A stretch of 64,000 nt of DNA from an uncultured delta proteobacterium. GTDB taxonomy: Bacteria > Myxococcota_A > Polyangia > Polyangiales > B10-G4. The stretch covers positions 480,001 to 544,000 of the forward strand of contig CAVSGI010000006.1 of the NCBI GenBank assembly GCA_963727445.1. The letters run 5' to 3'. A program made the position numbers and the translations under genes. A model generated the notes under the pieces. It saw only the letters and a list, made by a program, of their open reading frames with translations. It was not told where the DNA came from and searched no databases. This document shows, one piece after another, positions 45,318 through 55,205 of this stretch; within the stretch, counting starts at the first letter, position 1, and each line of letters starts with the position of its first letter.

Positions 45318-46357
45318 GCCTGGGGCGCGTCGCGCGTCTGAGGGCTCTCTTCTCTGTCGCCGCGATCGCGCTCGGGGCGTGCGGGGGGGCTGCGGCCACG
45401 CCGGTTCGTTCGGTTACGCCGCCCCCGACGGAGGGGGCCGCGAGCTGCGGCGGTCTGTCGGCGATCGCGCTCGCACCCGAGCCCATACCCCTGCTCGCCG
45501 ATTGGCTTCGCCTTCGCATGCCCGCCGGCACCTCGCCGGCGCCGCCCGACGACCGCGAGCGCGCCCCCGTGCCGCCGGTGCTCCTCGAGTCCACCGTCGC
45601 CTTCGCCGATGCGGACGTCCAGCTCGAGGTGCGGGCGATGGAGATCCTCCGGCGTCGCGGCGAGGGCTCCCTCGCTGCGCAGGTGGAGTCGTATCTCGAA
45701 AGCCTGGGTCACGCCGGAGGCGTCGAGCCCCTGACGCTGGCGCCCGGCCTTCGAGGGGTGTTGGTGCCGCCCACCGAAGAGAGCCTGCGTCGCCGCGGCG
45801 ACATCGGAAGCGTCATCCTGCACGGCGAGGACGGCGTGCTCATGGACGTGAGCTTCGCCGTGCCCCCTGGCTCGATGCGCGGGGAGGAGGTCACCTCTTG
45901 CCGGGAGGTGACGCGACGCATCGCCGAAACCCTCGCCCCCGGCGAGCGCCGCCTGGACCTCGCGGGCGGTCCGGTGACGCTCCCGTACGGTCTGAGCCTC
46001 GCGCTGCCGCCCGACTACCTGGCTGTCACCTATCGGGGCCCGGACTTCGAGGTGCACTACTTCTTTCCCATCGTGCCGCTGGGTGCGCCCCAGGCCCAGC
46101 TCGGGATCTACCTGGGAACCGATCCCGCCTCGCACGTCGGTGACGTGCTCGAGATGCGGAGGATGGAAGGGACGCTCCTCGGCCGCGCGGCCCAATGGCT
46201 CCGCTGGACGAGCGCGTCACATGGAGCGCGCCTGCATCACCGCGAGGCGATGACCGAGCTCGAGGACACGGAGGGCGCGTGGGTGCACGTCTTCGTGACC
46301 GCGCCAGACGAGGAGTCGGCCGAGTCGTTGGGCGCCATCCTCGAGACGCTCCGGTAG
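45314..46357 (+). CDS. Hypothetical lipoprotein
   Basis: ATGA overlap with the upstream stop; lipobox ALGAC. Confidence 0.72.
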   Translation: MSLGRVARLRALFSVAAIALGACGGAAATPVRSVTPPPTEGAASCGGLSAIALAPEPIPLLADWLRLRMPAGTSPAPPDDRERAPVPPVLLESTVAFADADVQLEVRAMEILRRRGEGSLAAQVESYLESLGHAGGVEPLTLAPGLRGVLVPPTEESLRRRGDIGSVILHGEDGVLMDVSFAVPPGSMRGEEVTSCREVTRRIAETLAPGERRLDLAGGPVTLPYGLSLALPPDYLAVTYRGPDFEVHYFFPIVPLGAPQAQLGIYLGTDPASHVGDVLEMRRMEGTLLGRAAQWLRWTSASHGARLHHREAMTELEDTEGAWVHVFVTAPDEESAESLGAILETLR

Positions 46358-46366
46358 ACTCGCATC

Positions 46367-46960
46367 ATGGCGAAGCTGATCGAGGAAGCGACCGCGCAGA
46401 TGAACGCGATCATCGGGCGCGCGGCGCTCCCCGAGCAGCTGCGCATCGCGCCGATGGAGGTCGAGGCGTGGAACGCCCTCGCCGAGCCTCTCCTCGACGA
46501 GTCGTTGCGCGATCGCCGCTACGTCGCCATGACCGAGCTCTTCGCGCCCGAAGCCGTGGAGCGTGCCACCGCTCTCGAAGATGCGGGCGGCGGCTCCGGT
46601 GTCGTCCATCGCTTCGGCATCTGGGACGGCGACACCCTCGTGGGCGTCTATCGCGGGCGGCAGGGGGACGCCGCCGTCTACCACATGACTGTGAGCGCGA
46701 TTCGCCCCGAGTGGCGCCGAAAAGGCGTCTACGCAGCGCTCCTCGACGCGGTGCTCGAGGCGGCGGAAGCCGTGGGCTTCCTCCAGGTACAGAGCTCTCA
46801 CCACGCCGACAACAACCCGATCCTGATCGCCAAGCTGGCCCGCGGATTCGTGATCAGCGGGCTCAGCCAGAACCTCCGGACCGGGTGGATGGTGACGCTC
46901 GTCTACCGCTTCTCGGAGCGCGCACGCGCGCAGCACCGCGGCAACGTGAGCGCTTCGTAG
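46367..46960 (+). CDS. GNAT-family N-acetyltransferase
   Basis: AIRPEWRRKGVY (acetyl-CoA motif A), N.PI...LARGF. Confidence 0.85.
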   Translation: MAKLIEEATAQMNAIIGRAALPEQLRIAPMEVEAWNALAEPLLDESLRDRRYVAMTELFAPEAVERATALEDAGGGSGVVHRFGIWDGDTLVGVYRGRQGDAAVYHMTVSAIRPEWRRKGVYAALLDAVLEAAEAVGFLQVQSSHHADNNPILIAKLARGFVISGLSQNLRTGWMVTLVYRFSERARAQHRGNVSAS

Positions 46961-46965
46961 CTTCT

Positions 46966-47760
46966 CTAGCGCGCCTGCGCTTCTTCGACGCGGGTGCGCA
47001 GCTCGAGGGTCTCCTGGCGGAGCGCCGCGTTCTCGCGCTCGAGGCCTTCGACGCGGGTCAGGAGCGCCTGCAGGGCCGCCATGGTCACGCCCGCGGCGTC
47101 GACCGGGTGGATGTGGCGGTCGTCGGCGCCGAGGCCGAACTCGCGGTGGAAGTCCTGGGCCATGGGACCGATGTGGCGGACGCCGCCCGGCTCGAACCGA
47201 TAGCTCCACTCGCTGATGGGAAGGCGCGCGATCGACGCGAGGGCCTGTTCGCCATCGACGTTCTGGAAGTCTTCCTTGGCAGCGCGGTCACTCACCGCAG
47301 GGCAGCTCATCTGGCACCTGCCATCCACCGGGTAGGGCACCCCGGCGCAGCACATCAACCCCGCGGCGCATACGACGCCACCGTCGCCCGCGCATCCACG
47401 GGTACCCACGCCGCCGGCGTCGCTGCTGGCGTCCGCCATGGCGTCGCCTGCGCTGCCGTCGCCTGCGCTGCCGTCGCCTGCGCTGCCGTCGCCCGCGCTG
47501 CCGTCGCCCGCGCTGCCGTCGCCCGCGCTGCCGTCGCCCGCGCTGCCGTCGCCCGCGCTGCCGTCGCCCGCGCTGCCGTCTCCGGTGGTCCCGGTGTCAC
47601 CCGTGGTCCCCGTATCCATCGTGGTCCCGGTGTCGCCTCCGCCGCCGGTGTCGGTGGAAGAATCGACGGTCATCGAGCTGTCGGTGGTGCCGCCGTCGTC
47701 GCCGCACGCGGCGAGGGGCAGGGCGAGGGCCAGGGCAAGGGAAAGGATCGAGCGATTCAT
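46966..47760 (-). CDS. Small lipoprotein with C-terminal peptidase S74 (intramolecular chaperone autoprocessing) domain
   Basis: MNRSILSLALALALPLAAC. SDRAAKEDF, LPISEWSY, HIGPMAQDF..FGLG, terminal coiled coil. Confidence 0.88.
   Translation of the reverse strand: MNRSILSLALALALPLAACGDDGGTTDSSMTVDSSTDTGGGGDTGTTMDTGTTGDTGTTGDGSAGDGSAGDGSAGDGSAGDGSAGDGSAGDGSAGDGSAGDGSAGDAMADASSDAGGVGTRGCAGDGGVVCAAGLMCCAGVPYPVDGRCQMSCPAVSDRAAKEDFQNVDGEQALASIARLPISEWSYRFEPGGVRHIGPMAQDFHREFGLGADDRHIHPVDAAGVTMAALQALLTRVEGLERENAALRQETLELRTRVEEAQAR
47446..47580. repeat. 9 x 15-bp tandem repeat encoding (GDGSA)n
   Basis: GCCYGCGCTGCCGTC x9: three T-variant units followed by six C-variant units. Confidence 0.95.
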
Positions 47761-47853
47761 CAGAGTCCTCCGGGTTGGTCCCGCCAGAATACCAAGGAGG
47801 GCGTCTTGACGGCTCCCCACACAGGTTTCACGCTCACGCCGCTCTTGGCCGTC

Positions 47854-49279
47854 GTGCGTGGTTCTCTCCATAGTTTCGCGTTCCTCGCTGCCCTCGCCGC
47901 GGTCGCCGCGGCCTGCGGTGACGACCAGGAGGAGGGCGCCAGCTCGGCGCAGCAGGACACCACCGCGGCCGAAGCCGACGCCCCCGTGAGCCCCGGCGAG
48001 CCCGGCCTCGCGGTCGAGCCCTCGGGTCGCCGGGTGCTTCGCGCCCCAGGTCTCGAAGGCCGCGAGCTCACGGCGCCGCCTCCCGAGTACACGCACGAGG
48101 AGGGCCTGGTCGCCGTCCCCTTCCACCTCGCGGGCGAGGTCTACGAGACCGCCGGCGCGGCGCACGAGGTCGTGGGCATCGTGCGCCGCGGCACCCCCAT
48201 CGAGGTCGGGCGGCGCCTGTTCGGTCCGGGTTGTGAAGGTGGCGCGTGGTACGAGGTCGCTCCCTTCGGTGCGGTCTGCACCGAGCGCGGCTTCAACGTG
48301 AGCGCCGAGGTCGACGACCGCGGTCTGTGGGTCCATCCCCCCGACGTGAGCGGCACCCGACCTTTCCGCTACGTGAAAGCGGAGGAGGGGGCGCCCCGCT
48401 TCTTCCGCGTGCCCACCGCGGAGGAGGAGGCGGCCTGTGAGGCCGCGGCGGCCGGGCACGGCACATGGCCCGAGGTCGTCGACGAGCCGATGAACGGCGT
48501 GTTCCTTCTCGCCATCGCCGAGGAGGCGGAAGGGGAGACGGGAACGTACTACCGCACCGTGGCCAACCGCTGGGTGCGCGCGTCGGACGTCGAGGACAAG
48601 CCCCTGGTGACGATGCGCGGCGAGCTCCTGGACGAGGACACGCAGCTCCCGCTGGCCTTCGTCTACTTCGAAGACCGGCCGCTGTTCGAGGTGGATGGGG
48701 ACGGGGTGCGCGAGGTCGGCGTGGCGCAAAAGGGGGCGCGCTTCCCCTTCGTCGGGGAGCGCGAAATCGACGGCGTTCGCTACGTGCTCGGCCCGGACGA
48801 CATCGCGGTGCCCGCCGAAGGCGTGCGCGTCGTGCGCCGCATCGACCGGCCGGCGGAGAGGATCCCTTCCGATACGAAATGGATCCACGTCAACCTCGCC
48901 GAGCAGACGCTGGTCGCCTACGAGGGGGACCGCCCCGTCCTGGCGACCCTCGTCTCGAGCGGCAAGGAGGGCTACGACACGCCCAAGGGCACGTTCCAGC
49001 ATCCGTGAGAAGTACATCTCGATCACGATGAACGGGGACGACCCCGCGGAGGGCTTCTACGAGGTCGAAGAGGTGCCCTGGACCATGTACTACTGGAACA
49101 GCTTCGCTCTGCATGGCGCCTACTGGCACGACGGATTCGGTCAGGTGCGCAGCCATGGCTGCACGAACATCCCGCCGGCCGATGCGCGCTGGCTCTACCA
49201 CTGGACCAGCCCCGAGGTCCCCGGAGGCTGGCACGGCGTTCGGCGCCGCCACGGCACCTGGGTGCACCTGACCCGGTGA
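47854..49279 (+). CDS. L,D-transpeptidase (YkuD) lipoprotein; +1 frameshift at ~49000
   Basis: Lipobox AAAC. WIHVNLAEQTLVAYEG, VSSG..TPKG, then after the shift VPWTMYY..ALHGAYWHDGFG.VRSHGCTN. Confidence 0.9.
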
Positions 49280-50169
49280 GGACGCGCCTCGTGAAACGGG
49301 CGCTCGCCACCGCGCTCACGGGCCAGGCCCGCCTGCTCTCCGAAGGGTCTCGAGCCCTCGCCGACGCGCGACGGGTCGCCGCCTTCCTCGCCGGGCGGGT
49401 CGCCTTCGAGCCCCGTCCCGACGACGTGTTCATCGCGACCTATCCGCGCTCGGGCACGACGCTGATGCAGTGGATCGTCCTGCTCCTCGCCGAGGGCGGC
49501 ACGCCCCCCGAGGCCGAGCACCTCAACGACGTGAGCCCCTGGTTCGAGCGGGGCCTCGCCACCGGGGTGCTGACGCCCGAGCGGATCGCGGCGCTGTCGT
49601 CACCCCGGATCTTCAAGACCCACCTCACGGCGGAGTGGGTGCCGAGGGGGCCGCGGATCGTGGGCGTGGTACGCGACAGCCGCGACGTCGCCACGAGCTA
49701 CTACCACTTCCACCGCAGCTATCTCGGCTTCGAAGGAAGCTTCGACGCGTTCTTCGATCGCTTCGTAGAGGGCCGAGTTCAATACGGTTCCTGGTTTTCG
49801 CACGTGGCCGGCTGGCGGGCGCGGCAGGGCGAGGGCGACGTGCTGCTCCTGCGCTACGAGGACCTGCTCGACGATCGCGAGGCGCAGATCCGGGCGGTCG
49901 CGGGCTTCCTCGGCTGGCCCGCGGACGACTCGCTGATCGCGCGCGTCGCGGAGGCGACGAGCTTCGCGGCGATGAAGGAGCGCGAGGCTTTCTTCGATCA
50001 CGCGACGGCGCTGCTCCTCGAGCGGGGGGTGCGCGGCGAGTCCTTCATCCGCAGCGGCAAGCGAGGGGAGGGCGAAGCGATGGACGCGCACAAGCTCCGA
50101 CTCCTCGAGGCGCGCGAGCGCGACGCGCGGCCCGACCGCGCGATCTGGCTGCCAGCGTTTCTTCAGTAG
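49276..50169 (+). CDS. PAPS-dependent sulfotransferase
   Basis: RPDDVFIATYPRSGTT (5'-PSB loop), RIFKTHL, RDSRDVATSYYH, LRYEDL, FIRSGKRG. Confidence 0.92.
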   Translation: MRTRLVKRALATALTGQARLLSEGSRALADARRVAAFLAGRVAFEPRPDDVFIATYPRSGTTLMQWIVLLLAEGGTPPEAEHLNDVSPWFERGLATGVLTPERIAALSSPRIFKTHLTAEWVPRGPRIVGVVRDSRDVATSYYHFHRSYLGFEGSFDAFFDRFVEGRVQYGSWFSHVAGWRARQGEGDVLLLRYEDLLDDREAQIRAVAGFLGWPADDSLIARVAEATSFAAMKEREAFFDHATALLLERGVRGESFIRSGKRGEGEAMDAHKLRLLEARERDARPDRAIWLPAFLQ

Positions 50170-50227
50170 GCGCGCCGCGCACTGCGCCCTGGACCAGTGA
50201 CCGCCGGCGCGAAGCGAAGGCTGCGCT

Positions 50228-51148
50228 TCACGCGGGTGCTGAAACGCTGCCGCTCAGCGTGCGCTCGCCCTCGGGCAGCGCATCGACGATGCTCTGCAGG
50301 AGCTCCTCGGGCGTCTTGTAGCGCTCGCCCTTGAGGCGATGGTGGGCGCGGGCGAGCTTGGCGAGGAGGCGGCGGTAGCCGCGCGCCATGGGACGTGCGG
50401 CCTCTTCGAGCTTGGCCTGCACGCGTTCACCCGGCCGAAGCAGGAGCCGCTCGTCGGGCTCGGCGCAGAGGTAGGGACAGGCGCGAGGGCGGCGGGGGTT
50501 CAAGGTGCGTCCGCCCGTGGTGTAGACGAAGCTCACCCCGGCGCCGAAGGCGCGATCGTAGAGCTCGTCGAAGTAGAGCTCGTCGTGCATCACCCCGGAG
50601 AGCGACCAGCCGAGCTTCACCCCCGCTCCACGGCGGCGCATGACCTCGGTCTGACCGATCTGACGGGCGACGTAGGGATTGGGAGCGTCGAGATCCCGGA
50701 CGATGCTGTCGGCCTCGCCGTCGACCTCCGACGCGCGGAGCACGGTGACCGGGAAGCCGAGGGTGGACACCACCGAGCGCAGGGTCCGTTCGGCCCGAGC
50801 GCGGGCGCGATGGACGGGCAGCTGGGCGATGCCATCTCCGAGGGCGTTGGTGTCGGCGACGAGGATGCGGCTCTCGGCGTAGCCGAGCTCGCGCCGGAGC
50901 ATCTCCTGGGCGTAGACGAGGACCAGGACGTCGGCGGGCAGGCCGCGGCTCACGTCCCCGCTCGACAAGCCGACCCCGAACCAGACCGCCTCGGAGCGCT
51001 CGAGGCCCGCGTGGTCGATCCGGGGCTCGGCGACCCGGCGCGCGAAGAGCTCCTGCCGCGTGACCAGCGTGTGGATGGCTTCTGCGACCTCGAGCCGCTC
51101 TTCACGGCTCGAGTCGGGAGAAGGATTCCGTCGCGGATCGGTGGGCAT
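50228..51148 (-). CDS. Hypothetical protein, possibly class Ic aaRS-like/HUP fold
   Basis: 306 aa, high GC3. VWFG..ILVADTNA..LGFPVTVLRASE pattern (see findings). The CDS is well supported; the fold is inferred. Confidence 0.75.
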   Translation of the reverse strand: MPTDPRRNPSPDSSREERLEVAEAIHTLVTRQELFARRVAEPRIDHAGLERSEAVWFGVGLSSGDVSRGLPADVLVLVYAQEMLRRELGYAESRILVADTNALGDGIAQLPVHRARARAERTLRSVVSTLGFPVTVLRASEVDGEADSIVRDLDAPNPYVARQIGQTEVMRRRGAGVKLGWSLSGVMHDELYFDELYDRAFGAGVSFVYTTGGRTLNPRRPRACPYLCAEPDERLLLRPGERVQAKLEEAARPMARGYRRLLAKLARAHHRLKGERYKTPEELLQSIVDALPEGERTLSGSVSAPA

Positions 51149-51324
51149 TGCTTGCGGCCATCAGCCCGAAAACGACGCGCCTCGCGGCGGCCGAGGACAG
51201 CTTTCGGCTGGGGCGAAACTAGCCTAACGCGGGGACGAGAGCAAAGATCAGACGCCGATCGCTCCCGGCGTGGGAATTTGGTGCCTTTCTGGCGTCTTCG
51301 GGTCATTCTTCGGAGGGTAGCCAT

Positions 51325-52902
51325 ATGCGGATAGGCGTTGGGAGAGGTGGGGCGACCCTCTTGATGGTGTGTGCGGCGCTCGCTCTTTCGAGCGCGGCGC
51401 TGGTGGCAAAGAGCCAACCTCGCGCGACAGCGAGTGCCGTGCCGGACGAGCACGGGCCGCACTGGCGGAGGCGATCGCGGAACATCTCGCTCCTCGACGA
51501 CGAGCTGCCGCGTGAGGAGAGGCGGCGCATGCGTCGCGCGACACACGCGGTGACGAAGGTCGATCTCTTTCGTCTCGCGGTGCGGCCGCGCGCGCAGGGG
51601 CTGATCGATCCGCACGCGTGGCCCGAGGAACCCGAATCGCCGGAGGCCATCGACAGGGCGCGCTTCGTGGACGCGCTCTCCGAGGTCTGCCCGAAAGAGC
51701 GCACGAGCGACATGGCGCGTCCCATCGCGGAGGCGGCGCTGCGTGAAGGCGAGCGCTTCGGCGTCGATCCCTTTCTCCTCGCTGCGCTCGCGCAGCAGCA
51801 GGGTGCGTGTCGTCCGGACCAGGCCGACAGTTGGGGGCGCGGCCTCACGCGCATTCATCCGGACATGTATCGGCAGAGCTTCGACGGCGACGTGTATCGC
51901 TACCCGAAGCCCGATGGCCATGGCGGTTTCACTCCGGCACGCCTGAGGCTCTCGCGCGTGCGCTTCGGTGGCGGCGCGCTCCTCGACCTCGACGACAACA
52001 TGTACTTCGCCGCCGCGTTCATGAAGACGTGGGAGGAGCAGTGCCCGGGGATCGACGCGGTGCACGGCTCGGCGCCGCATCGTCACGCCGTCAGCCATTT
52101 CATCTACGGCGATCGCGTGCGGGGGACCGGGCCCGAGGCGGCGATCTTCACCGTGCGCAGGCGTCTGCTCGAGGCGTACGAAGGGCGTGAGACTCCTTCG
52201 CGTGGGCTCGTCAGCCCGCTGGGCGGAGCGCCGCGGCTGGCGATCAGCGGCCCTGGCGAGCCGCGGGAGGGCGGCGCGCGCCTGCACCGGGGGATCGACT
52301 TCGCTTCGCAGCGGGGTGAGCCGGTCTTCGCGATGGCGGACGGTGTGGTGACCGCGGCGGGGGCCGATCGCGGTCCGGGTCCGCTGCGCCCGGTGTCGCC
52401 GGTCAACGCGGGCCGTCTCGAGGGCCTCGGGCCGCGGGGTCTCGCGGTGGAGGTGCGCCACGACGAGGGCGGGCTGCGCTCGCTCTACGCCCACCTCGAG
52501 ACCTTCAAGGTGCACGTGGGAGAGCACGTGCGGGCGGGGACGCTCCTCGGCTACGTGGGACGCAGCGGCATGATCGCGTCGGGTGCGCATCTGCATCTCG
52601 GTCTGTTCCGCGGACAGACCGCCCTCGACCCGCTCGATTATCTCGGCGATCAGGTGCTGAGCCCTGGGCTCAGCCGCCACTGGTGGGATACCGTATATCC
52701 CGAGCTCGCGCGTCGCGGGCTCGCCGTTCGCTACGAGCGGCCTGACTCCATCGCCCCCCTGCGCATTCGAGATGACCTACGATTCGAAGATCGTCGGCGG
52801 CACCGTCATCGATGGCAGCGGCGCGCCGCCTCGGCGAGCGGACGTGGCGATCGCCGACGGCCGCATCGTCGCGATCGGCGAGGTCAGCGGGAGCGCGGCT
52901 GA
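51325..52902 (+). CDS. SLT-like plus M23 metallopeptidase fusion (true stop may be ~52745)
   Basis: [31 protein letters not shown] (SLT-like). HRGIDF, YAHL, HLH (M23). The 131-nt overlap with the next gene suggests a lost base at GAGCGGCC^TGA. Confidence 0.85.
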   Translation: MRIGVGRGGATLLMVCAALALSSAALVAKSQPRATASAVPDEHGPHWRRRSRNISLLDDELPREERRRMRRATHAVTKVDLFRLAVRPRAQGLIDPHAWPEEPESPEAIDRARFVDALSEVCPKERTSDMARPIAEAALREGERFGVDPFLLAALAQQQGACRPDQADSWGRGLTRIHPDMYRQSFDGDVYRYPKPDGHGGFTPARLRLSRVRFGGGALLDLDDNMYFAAAFMKTWEEQCPGIDAVHGSAPHRHAVSHFIYGDRVRGTGPEAAIFTVRRRLLEAYEGRETPSRGLVSPLGGAPRLAISGPGEPREGGARLHRGIDFASQRGEPVFAMADGVVTAAGADRGPGPLRPVSPVNAGRLEGLGPRGLAVEVRHDEGGLRSLYAHLETFKVHVGEHVRAGTLLGYVGRSGMIASGAHLHLGLFRGQTALDPLDYLGDQVLSPGLSRHWWDTVYPELARRGLAVRYERPDSIAPLRIRDDLRFEDRRRHRHRWQRRAASASGRGDRRRPHRRDRRGQRERG

Positions 52903-54520
52903 GATCATCGACGCGGGCGGGGCCATCGTCACCCCGGGCTTCGTCGACATCCACACGCACTACGACGGCCAGGTCTCGTGGGATCCGGAGCTCGCGCCGA
53001 GCTGCCATCACGGCGTGACGACGGTGGTGATGGGGAGCTGCGGCGTCGGCTTCGCGCCCGTGCGCGCGGCGGATCGGAGCCGCCTGGTCGACCTGATGGA
53101 AGGGGTGGAGGACATCCCCGGAACCGCGCTCTCCGAAGGCATCGACTGGGATTGGGAGACCTTCCCCGAGTACATGGCGGCCCTCGATCGCAAGCCGCAC
53201 GTCATCGATTTCGCAGCGCAGGTGCCACACGATCCGGTGCGGGTCTACGTCATGGGAGAGCGCGCGCTCGCGCGCGAGCCTGCGACCGAAGCGGACGTGG
53301 CGAAGATGGCGGCGTTGGTGCGCGACGCGATGGAGGCGGGTGCGCTCGGCCTGAGCACTGGGCGCACCGACAACCACCGAGCGAAGGACGGCAGCCACAC
53401 CCCCGCCGCCGAAGCGGACCAGGCCGAGCTCGTGGGCCTCGCCGGCGCGCTCCGCGGCCTCGGCCACGGCGTGCTGCAAGCGGTGAGTGACTTCGACATG
53501 ACCGAGGATCGCGGCCGCTTCGACGCGGAGTTCGATCTCCTGGTCGCGATGGCCCGTGCCGCGGGGCGTCCCATGTCCATCTCGCTGCTCCAGCGGCAGC
53601 GTGACTCGGAGCAGTGGCGACGGATCGTGGCGCGGGCGGAGGCGGCCAACGCCGAAGGCGTGCAGATGCGTCTCCAGGTCGGCGCCCGCGGCATTGGCGT
53701 GCTCCTCGGGCTCGAGGCCAGCTTCCATCCCTTCATGGGCTTCCCCAGCTACAAGGCGATCAGCCATCTGCCGCTGAGCGAGCGCGTGAAGCGCATGCGC
53801 GATCCCGCCTTCAAGGCGAAGCTCCTCGAAGAGCGGAGCGAAAGCGTCGCCGGTGATGGCAGCCCGATCCCGCCGCTGGCGGATCAGCTCCTCGCGAACA
53901 TCGACTTCGTCTCGATGAACCTCTACCGCCTGGGCGAGGAGGTCAGCTACGAGCCGGCGAAGGACGATTCGCTCTTCGCCGAAGCGCTCGCGCGGGGCCA
54001 GACGCCGCTCTCCGTGATCTACGACGCGCTCCTCGCGGACGAAGGCCGCGAGCTCCTGTACTTCCCGATCTACAACTACATGGAGCACAGCCTGGGCGTC
54101 GTGTATCAGATGCTCACCCATCCCCTCGCGCTCCCCGGGCTCTCCGACGGCGGCGCGCACGTGGGGACGATCTGCGACGCGAGCTTCCCCACCTACATGC
54201 TCACCCATTGGGCGCGGGACCGGCACGAGGGGATCGCCCTCGAGCGCGTCGTCCAGATGATGACCGCGGATACGGCGGGCTTCGTCGGCCTTTCGGATCG
54301 CGGTCTCCTCGCCCTTGGCAAGCGCGCCGACATCAACGTGATCGACCACGCCGGACTCCGCCTGCGTCGCCCGCGCCTGGTTGCCGACCTCCCCGCCGGC
54401 GGCAAGCGCTTCCTCCAGGACGCCATCGGCTACCGCGCGACCCTCGTCGCCGGCCGCGTGATCGCGCGGGACGGCACGCTGACCGGCGAGACGCCGGGGC
54501 GTCTCGCGCGCGTGGGTTGA
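52772..54520 (+). CDS. N-acyl-D-amino-acid deacylase family amidohydrolase
   Basis: [52 protein letters not shown]. Confidence 0.92.
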   Translation: MTYDSKIVGGTVIDGSGAPPRRADVAIADGRIVAIGEVSGSAAEIIDAGGAIVTPGFVDIHTHYDGQVSWDPELAPSCHHGVTTVVMGSCGVGFAPVRAADRSRLVDLMEGVEDIPGTALSEGIDWDWETFPEYMAALDRKPHVIDFAAQVPHDPVRVYVMGERALAREPATEADVAKMAALVRDAMEAGALGLSTGRTDNHRAKDGSHTPAAEADQAELVGLAGALRGLGHGVLQAVSDFDMTEDRGRFDAEFDLLVAMARAAGRPMSISLLQRQRDSEQWRRIVARAEAANAEGVQMRLQVGARGIGVLLGLEASFHPFMGFPSYKAISHLPLSERVKRMRDPAFKAKLLEERSESVAGDGSPIPPLADQLLANIDFVSMNLYRLGEEVSYEPAKDDSLFAEALARGQTPLSVIYDALLADEGRELLYFPIYNYMEHSLGVVYQMLTHPLALPGLSDGGAHVGTICDASFPTYMLTHWARDRHEGIALERVVQMMTADTAGFVGLSDRGLLALGKRADINVIDHAGLRLRRPRLVADLPAGGKRFLQDAIGYRATLVAGRVIARDGTLTGETPGRLARVG

Positions 54521-54601
54521 GAGCCTGGCCCGATCAGTAGCGAATGCGGATCCCCGGATCCGGTCGCCGACCGGCTCGTGGTCGACGAGAGGGGCGCAGG
54601 C

Positions 54602-55073
54602 GGGGTGGAAGGGCACCGGCATCCGACCGGCTCTTGGCAGATGAGAGGGGAGGTGGCGCGCGGGGACCGGGGGGAGCTCGCGGCGGCGGCCGGGTGGGGT
54701 GGAAGGGCACCGGCATCCGACCGGCTCTTGGCAGATGAGAGGGGAGGTGGCGCGCGGGGACCGGGGGGAGCTCGCGGCGGCGGCCGGGTGGGGTGGAAGG
54801 GCACCGGCATCCGACCGGCTTTTGGCAGATGAGAGGGGAGGTGGCGCGCGGGGACCGGGGGAGCTCGCGGCGGCGGCCGGGTGGGTGGAAGGGCACCGGC
54901 ATCCGACCGGCTTTTGGCAGATGAGAGGGGAGGTGGCGCGCGGGGACCGGGGGGAGCTCGCGGCGGCGGCCGGGTGGGTGGAAGGGCACCGGCATCCGAC
55001 CGGCTTTTGGCAGATGAGAGGGGAGGTGGCGCGCGGGGACCGGGGGGAGCTCGCGGCGGCGGCCGGGTGGGGT
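54602..55073. repeat. Tandem array of 5 x 92-94 bp G-rich units
   Basis: GTGGAAGGGC recurs at 54605, 54699, 54793, 54885 and 54978. A diverged partial copy lies at ~54567-54594. Confidence 0.95.
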
Positions 55074-55205
55074 GCGGCGTGGGACGGGGCGGCCGCGTGG
55101 AGGATGTGGTCGCGGTGAGAGCCGTTGGCGGCGTTTCCGTGCGCTGCGGCGTGGTTGGCCGCGGCCGCTGCGCGGCCTCTGTCCGGCGCAGGGCGCCGGA
55201 CGCCG

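Noticed and set aside
46966..47760. Prophage inferred from the S74 tail-fibre chaperone domain
   Set aside because: The protein has a lipoprotein signal, and there are no capsid, terminase, integrase or tail genes nearby.
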